The notes below the pieces were generated by a model. It worked only from the letters and a program-made list of their open reading frames with translations. It was not told the origin of the DNA and ran no database searches. 64,000 nucleotides of DNA from Pavona decussata (lineage: Eukaryota): the NCBI GenBank assembly GCA_977016875.1, contig CDRNST010000035.1, positions 1,612,001-1,676,000 of the forward strand, given 5' to 3'. Of the stretch, positions 28,651 through 40,341 are shown piece after piece. The position numbers and the translations under genes were made by a program. The number at the start of each line of letters is the position of its first letter. The first letter of the stretch is position 1.

Positions 28651-29577
28651 TTATTGACATCTGACAAGCTTATAGATCCCCTCTTTGACTTTGGCATTTC
28701 CGCGATAATACAACACTGGGTTGATGCCCGAACACAGGGTAAGTAGAGGAAATAAAATGGGTTGTACCAGCTTAACAAGAGGCTTTTTTATAACGAAGGC
28801 TGTTACCATAACACTAATGAGAGGAATGAACAATAATGCCAGCAAACCCACCACGTATATGGTTGCTTTGGTGAGCGCGCGTTCAGCAGCAGCATTTGCG
28901 GTGTTGACAGGATTGGCTTGACCACCCTCCTCCATCATTTCAGCAATGGTGCTGTTGTGAATATGAAGATGACGAAGGGTCATAATCTGGCCAACGATTA
29001 TGACAGCAGCTGAGAGGACTACGAAGGCAGCCACCAAAACATGGAAGACTCCTGCTGGGTTGCCACTAACTTGCCTTACAGTTCCAAATGTTGTCGTTGT
29101 AAGCCAAACCAAACAACAAGCGATAAGGGCGCGGCGGCGGGTCACCAGGTACTTGTACCAGACCACGTAGCGGACAGCTAAGTAACGATCAATGGTGATG
29201 ATGGCGAGGTTTCCAAATGTACCAAGAAAATACATTGCGACTGGTATATCTTTCGGCTGCTCATCTAGCTCCAAGTACACGTCACAAACCTGAGTGTTCA
29301 GAAAATGTTTGATCCTAAAACCGGCGTTCATTGGTGAGATATATGCTCCGCAGATGAGATCTGACAAAGTCAAGCTGCAGACCATCAACAGGCCAGGACG
29401 AAGGCGCTTGACACCACTTCTGAATAACGCGATAATAACAGCCGCATTAGCCACAGCACACCAAACACTCAACAGCATCGAAAGTGGAGAAAGCCAGTTA
29501 GTGTAGTAGAAGTAACTCTTTTGGAATGACACAGATATTCCTGAGACAAGACATGACTGAGCGATTTCATCTTCCAT
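28651..29577 (-). CDS. Rhodopsin-like (class A) GPCR, orphan, single coding exon
   Basis: 308 aa with 7 hydrophobic segments, TM1 AN, TM2 SLTLSDL, TM3 TIDRY, TM6 proline and TM7 NPVLY. Confidence 0.9.
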   Translation of the reverse strand: MEDEIAQSCLVSGISVSFQKSYFYYTNWLSPLSMLLSVWCAVANAAVIIALFRSGVKRLRPGLLMVCSLTLSDLICGAYISPMNAGFRIKHFLNTQVCDVYLELDEQPKDIPVAMYFLGTFGNLAIITIDRYLAVRYVVWYKYLVTRRRALIACCLVWLTTTTFGTVRQVSGNPAGVFHVLVAAFVVLSAAVIIVGQIMTLRHLHIHNSTIAEMMEEGGQANPVNTANAAAERALTKATIYVVGLLALLFIPLISVMVTAFVIKKPLVKLVQPILFPLLTLCSGINPVLYYRGNAKVKEGIYKLVRCQ

Positions 29578-31759
29578 CGCACCGGCTCGCTGTATTATCG
29601 GTTAAAATAAAAGGAGAAACATAAAAATGTTTATTGTTATGTTTGCATAAGTTTTCCTAAGCCTGGATTTTTTTAACAGCCTTTCTGTTTGCAACTTCTT
29701 GTTTTGCGTACATTAGTGTGTTAGTCTTTCAGCCATTAAATCTTTCATCAGTCGTTCAAAAGAATATGTGTCATACATTTCACTCGGATAATTTATTCAT
29801 CCCCTACGGGTCTATATAAAGCGAACTCACAAGATGCCGGTCCGGCAGCGGGCCAACTAAATTCTCCTAATTATTATGAATGACGATTACAAATTCGTTT
29901 AAATTTTCTCAAAAATATTGGTCGTGTTTTCTGACTTTCGCTTCGATTTCTGTAAAAAAAAAAAAAAAGGTAAACAAACCAACGTTTCGTCAATTTTTGT
30001 GGTTCGGTGTTATTGAAAAGGAATCATTTTTTAAAGTTATTTTTCTTCGTGATATCTACTACCACTTTCTGCTTTCCCGCAGGTGGAATGGTTTTTAATG
30101 TCAAAAATTAAAATTGCATAAATGAATACGGATTATTTTCTAAGAAAGTGGAAAAAAATTAGTCTTTCATATTTTGACGATAAACAAATGAGAAAAATTT
30201 TCCCAAGTCCTGCCCAGTAGGAGATTTTACAAACCAAAAGGGAAGCTGTTAATTCGATGTATTTTTATGGCCAGAGTAGGCCAGGCCTTGCGGAGGAAAT
30301 TAAAGCCCGCTGCATCGCCTTCGCAATACCGTCGCAAATTTAGCAAATTGCAAATTGCTAAATGAACAATTAACCATGATAACGCAATTAAGAAATTATA
30401 GATAGCTATTCATAGTTCCAGCTGCTAGTCATCAATCACGTTGAGTTATTGTTTTTTTTTTTCTCCAAAACGATTGTCGATTGATGAATCAAAGTTTTAG
30501 GTATGGTTGAAACTTGCACCCTCTGTAAAAGCAAAGGTGAAATTGAAACTATCAATCTGATATTTAGAATCAAAATGAAAGTGGAACAAACGATGAGGCA
30601 AGACCACAGCAAAAATTTTTTTAGTTGATATTTTGTTTCCTGCCTACTCTGTCAATACTCAAATTAATTTGACTTTTTTTAACAACTGAAGATCTTTAAT
30701 TAAAGCAAAGCAAAGCAAAGCTACTCATAAAAATAATCATTCCATTGCATGAAAATGAATCAGACAAAGTTAAGAGGATATCAGTATAGTAGCGACCTGA
30801 ACATATAAATAGCCTTTGCTAATCAGGAGAAGACCATAGAAGTGTTGTGTCTTTCTGTTCTTCTCCACCTGCTTCGTTTAAGAAGCAAGATCCTTTACAA
30901 GCTACACCATCTCATTACAAAATTGCGGTAACCGAATGCTACGACAGGAAATAAACTCTCGCTTATTTGACAGTGTGTTTTAGTAAAGGCTTTGCATGTG
31001 GATGTTACAGAACGTCACTTCAACAAGAACGAGTTCAATAATAGTAATCACTTTTCAAACTCAGTGCTAATGAATTAGGACATTTTTAATGCTTAACTGA
31101 TCAGAGTGCTCCTTAAATTTTAAAAACGTTTAAAAAAATATTGCCAAATAGGGTCATAAACAATAATCTGAGCAAAATAGTTTAGTGAAATTGTTTTCTA
31201 CTCCGCCAACGGCACCGAAAACAATATTTCCGGATCTTTGCTTGGAACTTGAGTTTCATTTAGCGTTGCCGTACCTACAACTGAGATGCAAAACGCAGAT
31301 TTTTGATTTCCCAAGGAAATTGACTTAAATACTGTCTCAGCAAAGCGTAGCCTTTACATTGGACTTGATAGTTAAAAAACAAAACGAGCGCCAAATATAT
31401 GAAATTCAAATTTAGTGCTCATTTCTTTGCGTTTTGCCGGCGCGTATTTCGAACAGGAAATAAACTACGGACCATTTGTGGTAAGAAATGAATCATTCAT
31501 CCTCGACAGATACAGTTAAATACATAATTTAGAAGAAGCGAAGCCAAAATCAATTTTTTTCCCTATCTAATTCGACTGAAACCTTCAAAGGAGAGAACAC
31601 CATTGTACAAACAGCAGTTCGGGTACCCCGACAAATCAATTTCAGTCTGATGTTGTTTAACTTTTCAGGAACCTAATTCTCAGGATCGTAAGTTATCGCA
31701 ACATATCAAAACAGATGTTAAACTGAAGATTAGTTTACCACCAGTTATTTCTAGCTTTC

Positions 31760-31924
31760 AGTAGTAAGGGGAGCGGATATAGGTCATAGCCAATCAGCGT
31801 CGAGTATTTGGGTCACGTGCACATTCCATTCTGATGACGTCACAGTTTTTAATTTATGCTAATGTAAGCTAATGTATGCCACTCTCCAGGGTGGGGTCAG
31901 TACAAAATTGGCGTTTTAAAAAAA
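31760..31924 (+). repeat. Left terminal inverted repeat
   Basis: Reverse complement of 56910-57079. Apart from one extra terminal AGT on the right, there is 1 indel and 2 substitutions over the first ~145 bp, then further mismatches. Confidence 0.95.
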
Positions 31925-32506
31925 TGGGGGTGATTGTGATGATCCTATTGACATATCATCACAACCACCAAATAATATTTTAAACATCTGGATGAAATAA
32001 CGGAAGGTGTGTTTGAATTAAAAACGATGAAGAAGAAACTGGTAATAATGTCATCCTTGTGTCAGATTTTTCAACTGTTCCATTTCCATCAAAGTGAAGA
32101 GGAGGCAGAAGTTACATATTCCTTTTCATATTAGTTCCATGGAAGTCATCGTTGAGGAACGTGAGGATGAAGAGTCAAGAGCAGTGGTGGAAGTTACATT
32201 TTCTTTTATCCAATTTGCAACATCACAGCGGACAGGTGGTAGCAGCATCCCATTCAACGTTTCTATCCAAAACTGTCGTCAAAATGCTGGATGTGGCTGC
32301 TTCATACTGGCACTGGATGAAGTCAAGAGAAGAAATGCCAATGCATCAGAAGAAGGTATGATGCGTGGTCATTCCTTCATATCCATTAAATTCAAATCAA
32401 AACGCAAGAGTTGCGGCAACGATTATTGAATCTGGAGGCATTCAAGGTGGCATGAAGAAAATCAATGAAAACGAAGACGGAAACAAGCACTCCAACCAAA
32501 AGAAGA

Positions 32507-32875
32507 TCAATGGTTACTTAGTTCTTTCAGGGCGTTTCCAATATGGATCAGCATATGCTGACATTTGGCGTTTTGTATCAGGTGCTTGATGAGTTCACTG
32601 AAGTAGGTTTCGTTGACGTTCTCCACGTAGGGAAAGATGGCGTCCCACTGTTGGGAGTTCATGAGATCCACTACATGCTTCATGTCGTTGAGATCCATGC
32701 TGTCTGGGTACATGGTATTCAAATAGTTTTCAAAGACTTCTTTTAACTTGACTTTAAATTTGACATCTTCTTCTTCTACATCTTGACTATCAAGAACACA
32801 GGTCCAGTTTAGATCACTCCTCTTGAACAATCCTGCACAATAACTTGCGTCTTCCACGTTTACCACGTTTGCCAT
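32507..32875 (-). CDS. Polinton hypothetical protein (122 aa)
   Basis: ATG-initiated ORF with protein-like composition, co-oriented with pPolB; no recognised motif. Confidence 0.5.
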   Translation of the reverse strand: MANVVNVEDASYCAGLFKRSDLNWTCVLDSQDVEEEDVKFKVKLKEVFENYLNTMYPDSMDLNDMKHVVDLMNSQQWDAIFPYVENVNETYFSELIKHLIQNAKCQHMLIHIGNALKELSNH

Positions 32876-33037
32876 GTTTTATCTCTTTAAAATAAATACC
32901 ACCGTTTAGACCTTTTTTAAGCCACTGTTTAGCAATGTTCCACTTTCTTTTTTCTAATCTATTGCCCATGTTCAAATGATTACAAATAAAATAAAACGTT
33001 CCTTTATATACATGTGAAGACTTGTCACCTGTCATAT

Positions 33038-33991
33038 CTATTTGCCAATGGGAATGTCCCATTCCATGGGGTCATAGTTCTGACGGATGCACATCAGCGC
33101 TGATCCATTTTGGTAGGCTTTTTTGGCTTGGGCTTTGACACGTTTCACGTAGAAGGTCGGTTCATGACTCATGTCAAAGACTTGCCGTATGAACATGGAG
33201 TCCTTGGACATGTCTTCAGCGGATTTGTAAGTGCACACGTTTTCATAGTGGAGGAAATCTTTGATGTTCTCTTTGCTGCCACGCACGAAGCTTGCCCAAG
33301 AAAATCGGTTGGTGTTCATCAGGGTGTTGGCCAAGATGCGATTGCGCAGATCTTCTTTCTCAAAGCTTTTGTCTTGCGTGGAAACATACTTGAAGGCATA
33401 TTCTTGCAGCTCCAAGTTGCGATTGACGTAATCCACAGACATATCTCCAGCCATGAGAAAAATCACTTGGTACCAGGCTTTCCACACGGTTTCAAAGGGA
33501 ATGGCTTCCACGATATGCTGGACTAACACCAAGTCCACACGTTCCACAGCATCATGGACTTCGTTGTAGCAGGCTGGATCTTTGCATTTCATCACGGATT
33601 CTACCAGCAGGGCCCAAGCGATCCACACGTAAGCCTTAAACTCATCATGGCTGGCTTTGATTTGAGTTATCTGATCTTCATCCCACAACAGGCAGGAGGG
33701 ATTATCTCTTTGGAGGGCTATGTTGAAGTCGAAGGTGGATTCACGGCAACGAAGCTGATCGAGTTTCTGTTGTATCCACCATTCAAAGCGAAGGGGAAAC
33801 ACAATGTCCCATTCAAACTGGTCTTGATGGGGGATTTCAAAGTCAAACAATTTGTCCTCCATGTTGTTGTTGTTGTTGTTGTCATGTTTTGAAAATGTTT
33901 GACCTCCTCCTCCTTGTTGAGAACAGGAAGGTTCCATGATTCTGTAGATTTCTTTCACGAATACTTCGTCGTCGTCGTCGTCGCTTGCCAT
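33038..33991 (-). CDS. Polinton hypothetical protein (likely start MASDDDDDE)
   Basis: Long ORF; TATAAAA on the - strand at 34021-34027 overlaps the pPolB stop, ~30 nt upstream of ATG 33991. Confidence 0.7.
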   Translation of the reverse strand: MASDDDDDEVFVKEIYRIMEPSCSQQGGGGQTFSKHDNNNNNNMEDKLFDFEIPHQDQFEWDIVFPLRFEWWIQQKLDQLRCRESTFDFNIALQRDNPSCLLWDEDQITQIKASHDEFKAYVWIAWALLVESVMKCKDPACYNEVHDAVERVDLVLVQHIVEAIPFETVWKAWYQVIFLMAGDMSVDYVNRNLELQEYAFKYVSTQDKSFEKEDLRNRILANTLMNTNRFSWASFVRGSKENIKDFLHYENVCTYKSAEDMSKDSMFIRQVFDMSHEPTFYVKRVKAQAKKAYQNGSALMCIRQNYDPMEWDIPIGK

Positions 33992-34022
33992 CTGGAATGA
34001 CGCTGCAAATGAAGCGGCGCTT

Positions 34023-37000
34023 TTATAGATAGCCATAGGGATATGATTGATAGGTGTCACTGTCCAGAACGCGTTTGTCAAACACGAGTTTGTACGTTTT
34101 ATCTTGCGAGACCGTTTGAAGGGTCTTGTTGACGGTGACGCGTTGAATCTTGTGTGGATTGGTTAATGTCAACGTGTGTGGAGAGTCTTCGGGGTCCAGG
34201 ATTTCTGACAGGACCAAATCTTTCATCGTGTGAAAATTCAACGTTTGTTGACCGCGCATGTTGAGTGTGAAGCCTCGTACTTTGCATTCCACATGTTGTT
34301 GGTTTGTCTTGTACGCGTAATTCTTGGGTCCGGCTGCTACAAATTCTTCAATGAAATCGTTTTCTTTGAGTTCATTGGTGAAATCTCCCAGGTAATTGCC
34401 AAGGGGCACGTGGGCTTGTCCCGGTTTCCACGTGTAAATGACGGAATCGGTGTCAAAGTACAGGACGCGTTGATCCAATAATTCCAAGGCCTCGTACAAT
34501 TTGAGACGTGCGTGACACGTGGTAAAGCAGGCAATGAACACGTTCACGTTGGTTTGAATGGGATTGCATACATCCACGAAGGAATGAAACACTTCAACCA
34601 TGGCGTCGTTCATGACTTCGATGCGATGAATGATTTGATTGTCATTTTGCATTAACTTGAAAAAGGAACTGGGTTGCGTGAACGACGTGACTTGTGTTTG
34701 TTTAGGACGTTGTCCGTATTTTCCCCAATGAGAATTTAACATCAGTTTACACAATTTGCGTAATCCGGGGTTGCTTTCGATCTTGGTTCGATCCAGCGTA
34801 ATGCCTTCATGTTGAGCATAATCGTCGAGGTATTGAGCTCGTTGGGTTTCGGTGTGGCATCCTTTGGGCCATCCGCTCGATTCTTGTTTCATTTTCAAAA
34901 ACGTGTTCACGTACTCTTTGAACAAGGTCGTCGACGTTTCTTGGAAATGCCACACTTCATAGATGTACATCACTTTGTAACCTTTCTCGATCGCTTTCTG
35001 TAATTCGGGTGTGCAACACGCGCCGGTCAAGGCTCTTTCGTGATTGGTGTGCGTACAGGTCCACGTGCGTTCATGCATGGGTTTGACCGTTTCTTGCTCT
35101 ACACAGGTACGGCAAAGGGGAAACGTGAGTTTCTTTCCGTGTCGGTAGGGCAGGACGGGATGATACAATTGCCGCGGGGGTTCCACTTTGCATTTGACAA
35201 AACCAAAGTACTTCGATATGTCCGTGTGATTGGGTTGATCGATGAATTCGGGATGACCGACGGGGTAGGTGCCGTTCTTGTTGACCCACGGGTAAAGGGA
35301 ACAGACATCCACGTACCAAATTTGTTCGCCCGGTTCCACGCGATGATAGAGTTTAATGGCATTGGTGCGTCCGCCGAAAAAGGTATCTCTTGGGTTCAGG
35401 GGGAACTGATGTCCAGATTCTTCACAAACTGTTGGATGTCAGGGTGGTTCTTTTTCAAACGGTTCCATTCACATTCCCACATTTCCTTGAGAGGATAACC
35501 CAGGGCTTGAATGCTTTGACTTTGTTGAGCAGTGGCTTGACGCACGTTGTGCATGGTTTTCCCATCATGCCATGGATGTCTTTGATGGCGATTGGGAAAG
35601 TCCGTGATACATCCGTGGGAAAAGCACCCTTGAAATTGATACACGGTTTGGGTGACGTCATCGTAACCATCGACTAAATATTGATGAGACGGACCATGAT
35701 TCAACCGTCGTTCGCCTTGATTACCAGCATGCGCAATGCGTGGAGGGGTCACGGGGTCCTCGGTGGGATGGGCGCGGCGTAACACATCTTCTTCCCAATA
35801 CAGCCATTCGAGAGCGATCTTTGAATGCGTGTGATGCGGACGCCATCTTTGCAGGGGTTCGACGGCAATGGTATTGGCAGGCATCCATTTGAGGCGATAG
35901 GCTGTGAGACAAGCTGAGGCAATGGTAATGCATTTTTTCATGGGATTGATGCCTACAATGGATTTGAATTGACGTTGAAACTGCATGCACCCTTGTTTGA
36001 GCAACCGCACATCCGATTGACAATAACTGATCAGTTCGTTGTGGAAGTTAAAGATGTAACGATTAGCCACTTGTTCTGCATGTCACGTTAAGAATTCAGT
36101 TCTGCGTTTGGGTGACATACCATCGGGATCAAAGTAGTGCGTGTCGGGTATGTAGCCCACATACTGCTGATTGGCTTGCGTGTTAAAGAAGTGTGGAAAA
36201 AATCCTTTCTTGAGTTCGGTCAATCCAAAGGTGTTGGTAAAGTCTGATAAGGGCATGGGAAAAAAGTTCAGAGAGTCAATGAATTTGATTTGAGGTAATT
36301 CCAAGCTTAAAATTTTCGCTCCATTGACAATCTGTTGCAGATTGCTGGCATGTTGACGATACAGTTCTTCCAAGATCATGTAACCATCATACCCTTTGAA
36401 ATTGTGAGCCACCACAATCACTTGTTCGACGAGCGGTTCCTCTTGATGACTCAATTGATGCACCCAATGCAAGAAATCCGTCACGCACGTTTCTCCTTCA
36501 AATGTGAATTGTTGATCGTTTTGATCCGTTTCGGCGCATAACAAATTGGCCATGTGATTGCCCGTGTCCTGTCTGGCCTCGATGTCAAAGTACACAAACA
36601 CGGTGATGCCTTCTTGTTCGTCGTCTTGTCTTTTTTTCTTTTTGGGTTTTTTCACGGGTTGAATAAAACATTTGTGTTGTCGCAAATTACACACGTTGTG
36701 ACAACTGGGGCATTCACTCTCGCCACACACATGTTTGGGACCATCGCCTTTTCTCAAGACCAGTCCGCAATGAGTACAGACACGGTGGGTGTGACACACA
36801 GCATTTTTTTCTTGAGCTGTCGCGGGTTGATTGGATGACGTTTTGATTAAATGATTCACATGGCACGTGATTCCAAAGAAACGGCGTCCGCATTGTTCAC
36901 AGGGTACGGAGGCTGGACCTTGTTTGGAAAACAAGGGAAAATCGGGGCAATCGGCTTGATGGCAGCAGTAACACTTGGTGCTTTGGCAGCGATGATGTTG

Positions 37001-37945
37001 TAGGTCATCATAAAAAAATCCCTTGTCGCATTGCAAGCAAAAATAGTTTTTACTGAAAAAGGCAGCCAGGGAGGTGATGACGCTAAAGTGTCTATCGTGC
37101 ATGAGTAGCATCAATTGTTTGTTGCAAGGTGGACCTTTATGCACGATACTGTGCGCATGTTCGGCTGACACGACCACCAATCGATAATCGGGCAAGACGA
37201 TTTCAAAGAGCTTGAGCGCTTCCAATCCACAAGGACCCGGTGGAACGCGCGCTTCCGCTTGAAGGGCACGAGCGCGTTCTGATTGAATGGAACGACCTCG
37301 TCGAATCGCTTCATACATGGGATCCTGATCGACCAGGGCTATGGCGGTCACCAGAGCTCGGGCGCAACAATACTCATCTCGATTGTGAATGGTAATGACG
37401 CTTCGTTTGTTCTTGAGCAAGACGTCGTAGTTATCTGTACCAAAACGACATTTACGTTTTCCGGTGCCGGGGCGTGGCATGGTAATATGCGTCACATCCA
37501 GTTGAAGCGTATCATCCACTTCAAAGTTTTCGTTGGAGTTTAACATCTTGGAGATTTGATGTAAAATTTGTCGGGCACCCGACAAGGGATCTCGCCAATC
37601 TCCAATGCTGACATTGGCCGTCGTATGAGCACTGCGTAATCGATTGGATCCCAGATAGATTTGAATGCGATCGTGTTCGGGTAAATCTTCAATTAAATCT
37701 TCAATGACATCTGCCAATCCTTCTTCAAAGGCACGCACAATGTTTCCATGACCGACAGGAAACGTGTCGGGCGTATTGTTCAATCGAAGATGATACGAGC
37801 GACGTCGAATTCCATAACTACGCGCTTGTCGATCTCTGAAGGGTTCCAATTGAAATTGAAATTCACCTGGTCTTGAAAGGGCACCACCTTGTTGTCGTTC
37901 AAAGGCTTCCACTGCTTCTACTAATTCTTCATCGCTGTTGCTCAT
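34023..37945 (-). pseudogene. Protein-primed family B DNA polymerase (pPolB), disrupted by one nonsense codon and one frameshift
   Basis: Exonuclease motifs YFDIEA, AHNFKGYDG, FIDSLNF, YCQSDV; polymerase motifs YVDVCSLYP, KLMLNSHWGKYG, YFDTDS, GPKNY, KVRG; Vsr-like insert VDGYD...QFQGCFSHGC...EMWECEW. In-frame TGA at 36083-36085 where W is expected; a 1-bp loss in the G5 run at ~35399-35403 breaks PLNPRDTFFGGRT. Likely start MSNSDEE at 37945. Confidence 0.95.
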
Positions 37946-37981
37946 GATGAGACGAATGAAGCAGAAGCCGAGTGATCTCTC

Positions 37982-38131
37982 TTTTATAGATCCTTGGTAC
38001 CACGTGACGGTGGCGAATTTTATGACGTCATCATAAAAAAGGGACCCCCCTCTCCCCCCAGGGGGTCTTTTTTTGGAAAGTGACGTCATGCCGACGTCAC
38101 TGTCACGTGGTACCCTATAGACTCTATAAAA
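37982..38131. promoter_or_regulatory. Symmetric bidirectional promoter cassette 1 (TATA / E-box / CRE / stem-loop / CRE / E-box / TATA)
   Basis: TTTTATAGA..GGTACCACGTGAC..TGACGTCA..AAAAAAGGGACCCCCC..GGGGGTCTTTTTT..TGACGTCA..GTCACGTGGTACC..TCTATAAAAG, between the divergent ATGs at 37945 and 38171. Confidence 0.75.
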
Positions 38132-38170
38132 GAAAAAACGAAGAGGGACGCAGATAACGTTTTTTCCAAG

Positions 38171-38734
38171 ATGGAGAAGATATGTATGATTATGGACATG
38201 GAAGGTTACTTTTTACCTCGGTTTCATTGCAGAGAACTTGGGGTTTTTGGAATGGATTGGTTGACTACAAAGAGGTATTTCTATCACATGCCCATCAATT
38301 ACTTGGAGCTGACACCCTCTCAAGCCACGACCGTGATGTTTGTCAAGAGACGCATTCATGGACTCCCCTTTGTACCCAGTTACATGGAACGAGCGCGTCC
38401 AGCTAAGCAGTTGTATGAGGACATCAAAGAATTTTATGATGCAGCGAAGACACCAGACAAGTTTGTTGTGGCCTACAAGGGCGGTACTTGCGAAAAAGAC
38501 GTGTTGCAGGAACTGGGCATTCCATTCCAGAATTTAGAAGAGTTTGACTGTCCTAAAATAGAAACATTGATCCATCAAGGGTATGGAAAGGATGTATCCG
38601 ATTGTGGATTTCATCACATCTATGAGCAGCAGCATCTTAATAAGACGTGTATTCATTGCGCGTGTATGGAATGCAGCATCTTGAAAGAGTGGGTCGATCA
38701 TCAAACCAAGCTGCCCAAAGAGACACTCGTTTAA
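38171..38734 (+). CDS. DEDD/DnaQ-fold (Maelstrom-like) nuclease-family protein
   Basis: N-terminal MDMEGY...CRELG, IHGL, YKGG, NLEEFDCP and C-terminal CxxH...HCA. The assignment is by motif recall only. Confidence 0.55.
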   Translation: MEKICMIMDMEGYFLPRFHCRELGVFGMDWLTTKRYFYHMPINYLELTPSQATTVMFVKRRIHGLPFVPSYMERARPAKQLYEDIKEFYDAAKTPDKFVVAYKGGTCEKDVLQELGIPFQNLEEFDCPKIETLIHQGYGKDVSDCGFHHIYEQQHLNKTCIHCACMECSILKEWVDHQTKLPKETLV

Positions 38735-38783
38735 ACATGTTTTAATCACCAAACTTGTAACAAAGTGATTACAATAAAAGATG

Positions 38784-39155
38784 TTACAACTTTAACTTTT
38801 TCTTGGCTTGCATAATCTTTTTAACGACTTTTTCTTGAAATGTTTTCTTGCCAGGTAACTGACTAATGGACTTGATCATCTTGTCGTCGGCTTTCCACTT
38901 GTCCTGTAAACTCTTGGCTTTGGAATAATCGATGTCGTGTTGCTTGGGAATACGATCCAATCGATTCTTACCAGGGTCACCACGCTTCAATCGTTTGTCC
39001 AATAAGGTCCCAGGTCCCAAATATTGCATGCCGGGCCAATGCAATTCGCCCACTTTTTCCAATCGTTTTTGAATGTCAAAGCCAACTTTTCCTCCTCTTT
39101 GTTGACGACGACGGCGTCGCCGTTGAGGACGTCGTTGTTTTCGTCGTTGGGGCAT
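38784..39155 (-). CDS. Parvovirus VP1u-type phospholipase A2 domain protein with an Arg-rich leader
   Basis: PGMQYLGPGT (Ca-binding loop YxGPG) and HDIDY (catalytic HDxxY); the leader ends in QQRGG. Confidence 0.85.
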   Translation of the reverse strand: MPQRRKQRRPQRRRRRRQQRGGKVGFDIQKRLEKVGELHWPGMQYLGPGTLLDKRLKRGDPGKNRLDRIPKQHDIDYSKAKSLQDKWKADDKMIKSISQLPGKKTFQEKVVKKIMQAKKKLKL

Positions 39156-39157
39156 GT

Positions 39158-39802
39158 TTATCTCTTAAAGGACAGACGTTTACGAATTCCTTGCTGATCC
39201 CAATCCTGCCAACCAGGCGCTGTTCGAATGCGACTTTGAGCCAAGGGTGTCTTCACTCGTTTCCTTGCTTTGCGTACAATACGTTCGGCTGTACGTTCGG
39301 CTTCAAAGGGAATGTCTTCTCCAAAAAAAGGTAATTCTTTCGCTGCTTTGGTGCGAGTGATTCGTCTCCTGGGTGTTTTTTTAGCTTTCGCTGGCGGTGA
39401 TGGAGGTGTCTCGGGTGTTGTAGTAACTGGACGTTTTCGTTTAGGTGTCACGGCTTTTAAAATGTTGCTCAGGATTTTTTGTTGTCGATTTGTGACTAAA
39501 TCTTCTGCTTCATCTTCTTCTAGTTCATCCTCATCATCCACGGCACCTGCCCTTGCTCCAATACCAGGAAGTTGACGAAGCCGTTTGAGTAGTTTTCGGA
39601 ATGGAATTTGTAATTGTTGAAGACGGCTCCTTTTTTCAGCGGGTTTCATACGAGGATTGTCCAGCACTTTTTTTTGGCGAGCCGCTAATTTGGCTGCTTG
39701 GGTGAGAATAGGGTCATCCGTTAATTGTCCCTTGAACCAATTGACTGTTTCGGGATCGTCTTCGACGGGGACCATCATCATCTTTTGAAATTTTCTAGCC
39801 AT
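39158..39802 (-). CDS. Basic virion/core-type hypothetical protein (214 aa)
   Basis: K/R-rich ORF tightly packed in the structural block. Confidence 0.7.
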   Translation of the reverse strand: MARKFQKMMMVPVEDDPETVNWFKGQLTDDPILTQAAKLAARQKKVLDNPRMKPAEKRSRLQQLQIPFRKLLKRLRQLPGIGARAGAVDDEDELEEDEAEDLVTNRQQKILSNILKAVTPKRKRPVTTTPETPPSPPAKAKKTPRRRITRTKAAKELPFFGEDIPFEAERTAERIVRKARKRVKTPLAQSRIRTAPGWQDWDQQGIRKRLSFKR

Positions 39803-40118
39803 GAGGACAACAAGTTGAGAGCACGGTGTTTAATGCGTTCCAAAGTCCTCCACCTTTCTGCTTTTGTAGCGTTTCGCGTCTCTTTTTAAGCGAGGATCGT
39901 CGTTTTCCAATGGTGCGAAGCGAGCGTCGGTAGGGTCGTAGTTTCGCCATCGTAACGGGTGAGAGTGGTATGTTATTTTTCAAGGTATTCAACACCAATT
40001 CGCTGACAGAGTTGATCTGATCTTTGTTGGCATGACGAAGCAAGTCGTTTCGACGACGTCGATTGGCTGTTTTCAATACGTTTCGTAAAAAAGGCAAGTT
40101 CCGACGTATTCTCTTCAT
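39795..40118 (-). CDS. Small basic Polinton protein with a QKGGG putative protease site
   Basis: ELVLNTLKNNIPLS...LRPYRRSLR...QKQKGGGLW resembles small basic proteins typical of Mavericks. Confidence 0.75.
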   Translation of the reverse strand: MKRIRRNLPFLRNVLKTANRRRRNDLLRHANKDQINSVSELVLNTLKNNIPLSPVTMAKLRPYRRSLRTIGKRRSSLKKRRETLQKQKGGGLWNALNTVLSTCCPHG

Positions 40119-40122
40119 GCTT

Positions 40123-40296
40123 CTAACGCTTTCTCGTTCTTCTAAGCTTCTTTAAAGCAAAGGTGGCTCCTTTTATTGCCAAGTTTCTGGCTAACCTTTT
40201 AGCCATATTTTTCGCCATATTCCCAAAAATATTTCCACCATAATGTCTCATTTGTTTTCGTCGAGCACGACGACGACGCTTGACAATGCCTACCAT
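40123..40296 (-). CDS. 57-aa Arg-rich peptide (below the ORF-track cutoff), putative core or membrane-active protein
   Basis: MVGIVKRRRRARRKQMRHYGGNIFGNMAKNMAKRLARNLAIKGATFALKKLRRTRKR*; it fills the gap between neighbouring ORFs. Confidence 0.65.
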   Translation of the reverse strand: MVGIVKRRRRARRKQMRHYGGNIFGNMAKNMAKRLARNLAIKGATFALKKLRRTRKR

Positions 40297-40341
40297 GATT
40301 AAAACACCATCAGGGTTTGTTTCTTTTTATACTTTTTTTTC

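Noticed and set aside
37946-38089. N-terminal extension of the pPolB ORF (MTSLSKKRPPGG...) and the look-alike ORF 49703..49918
   Set aside because: Both are translations of the repeated promoter cassette; the likely pPolB start is ATG 37945.
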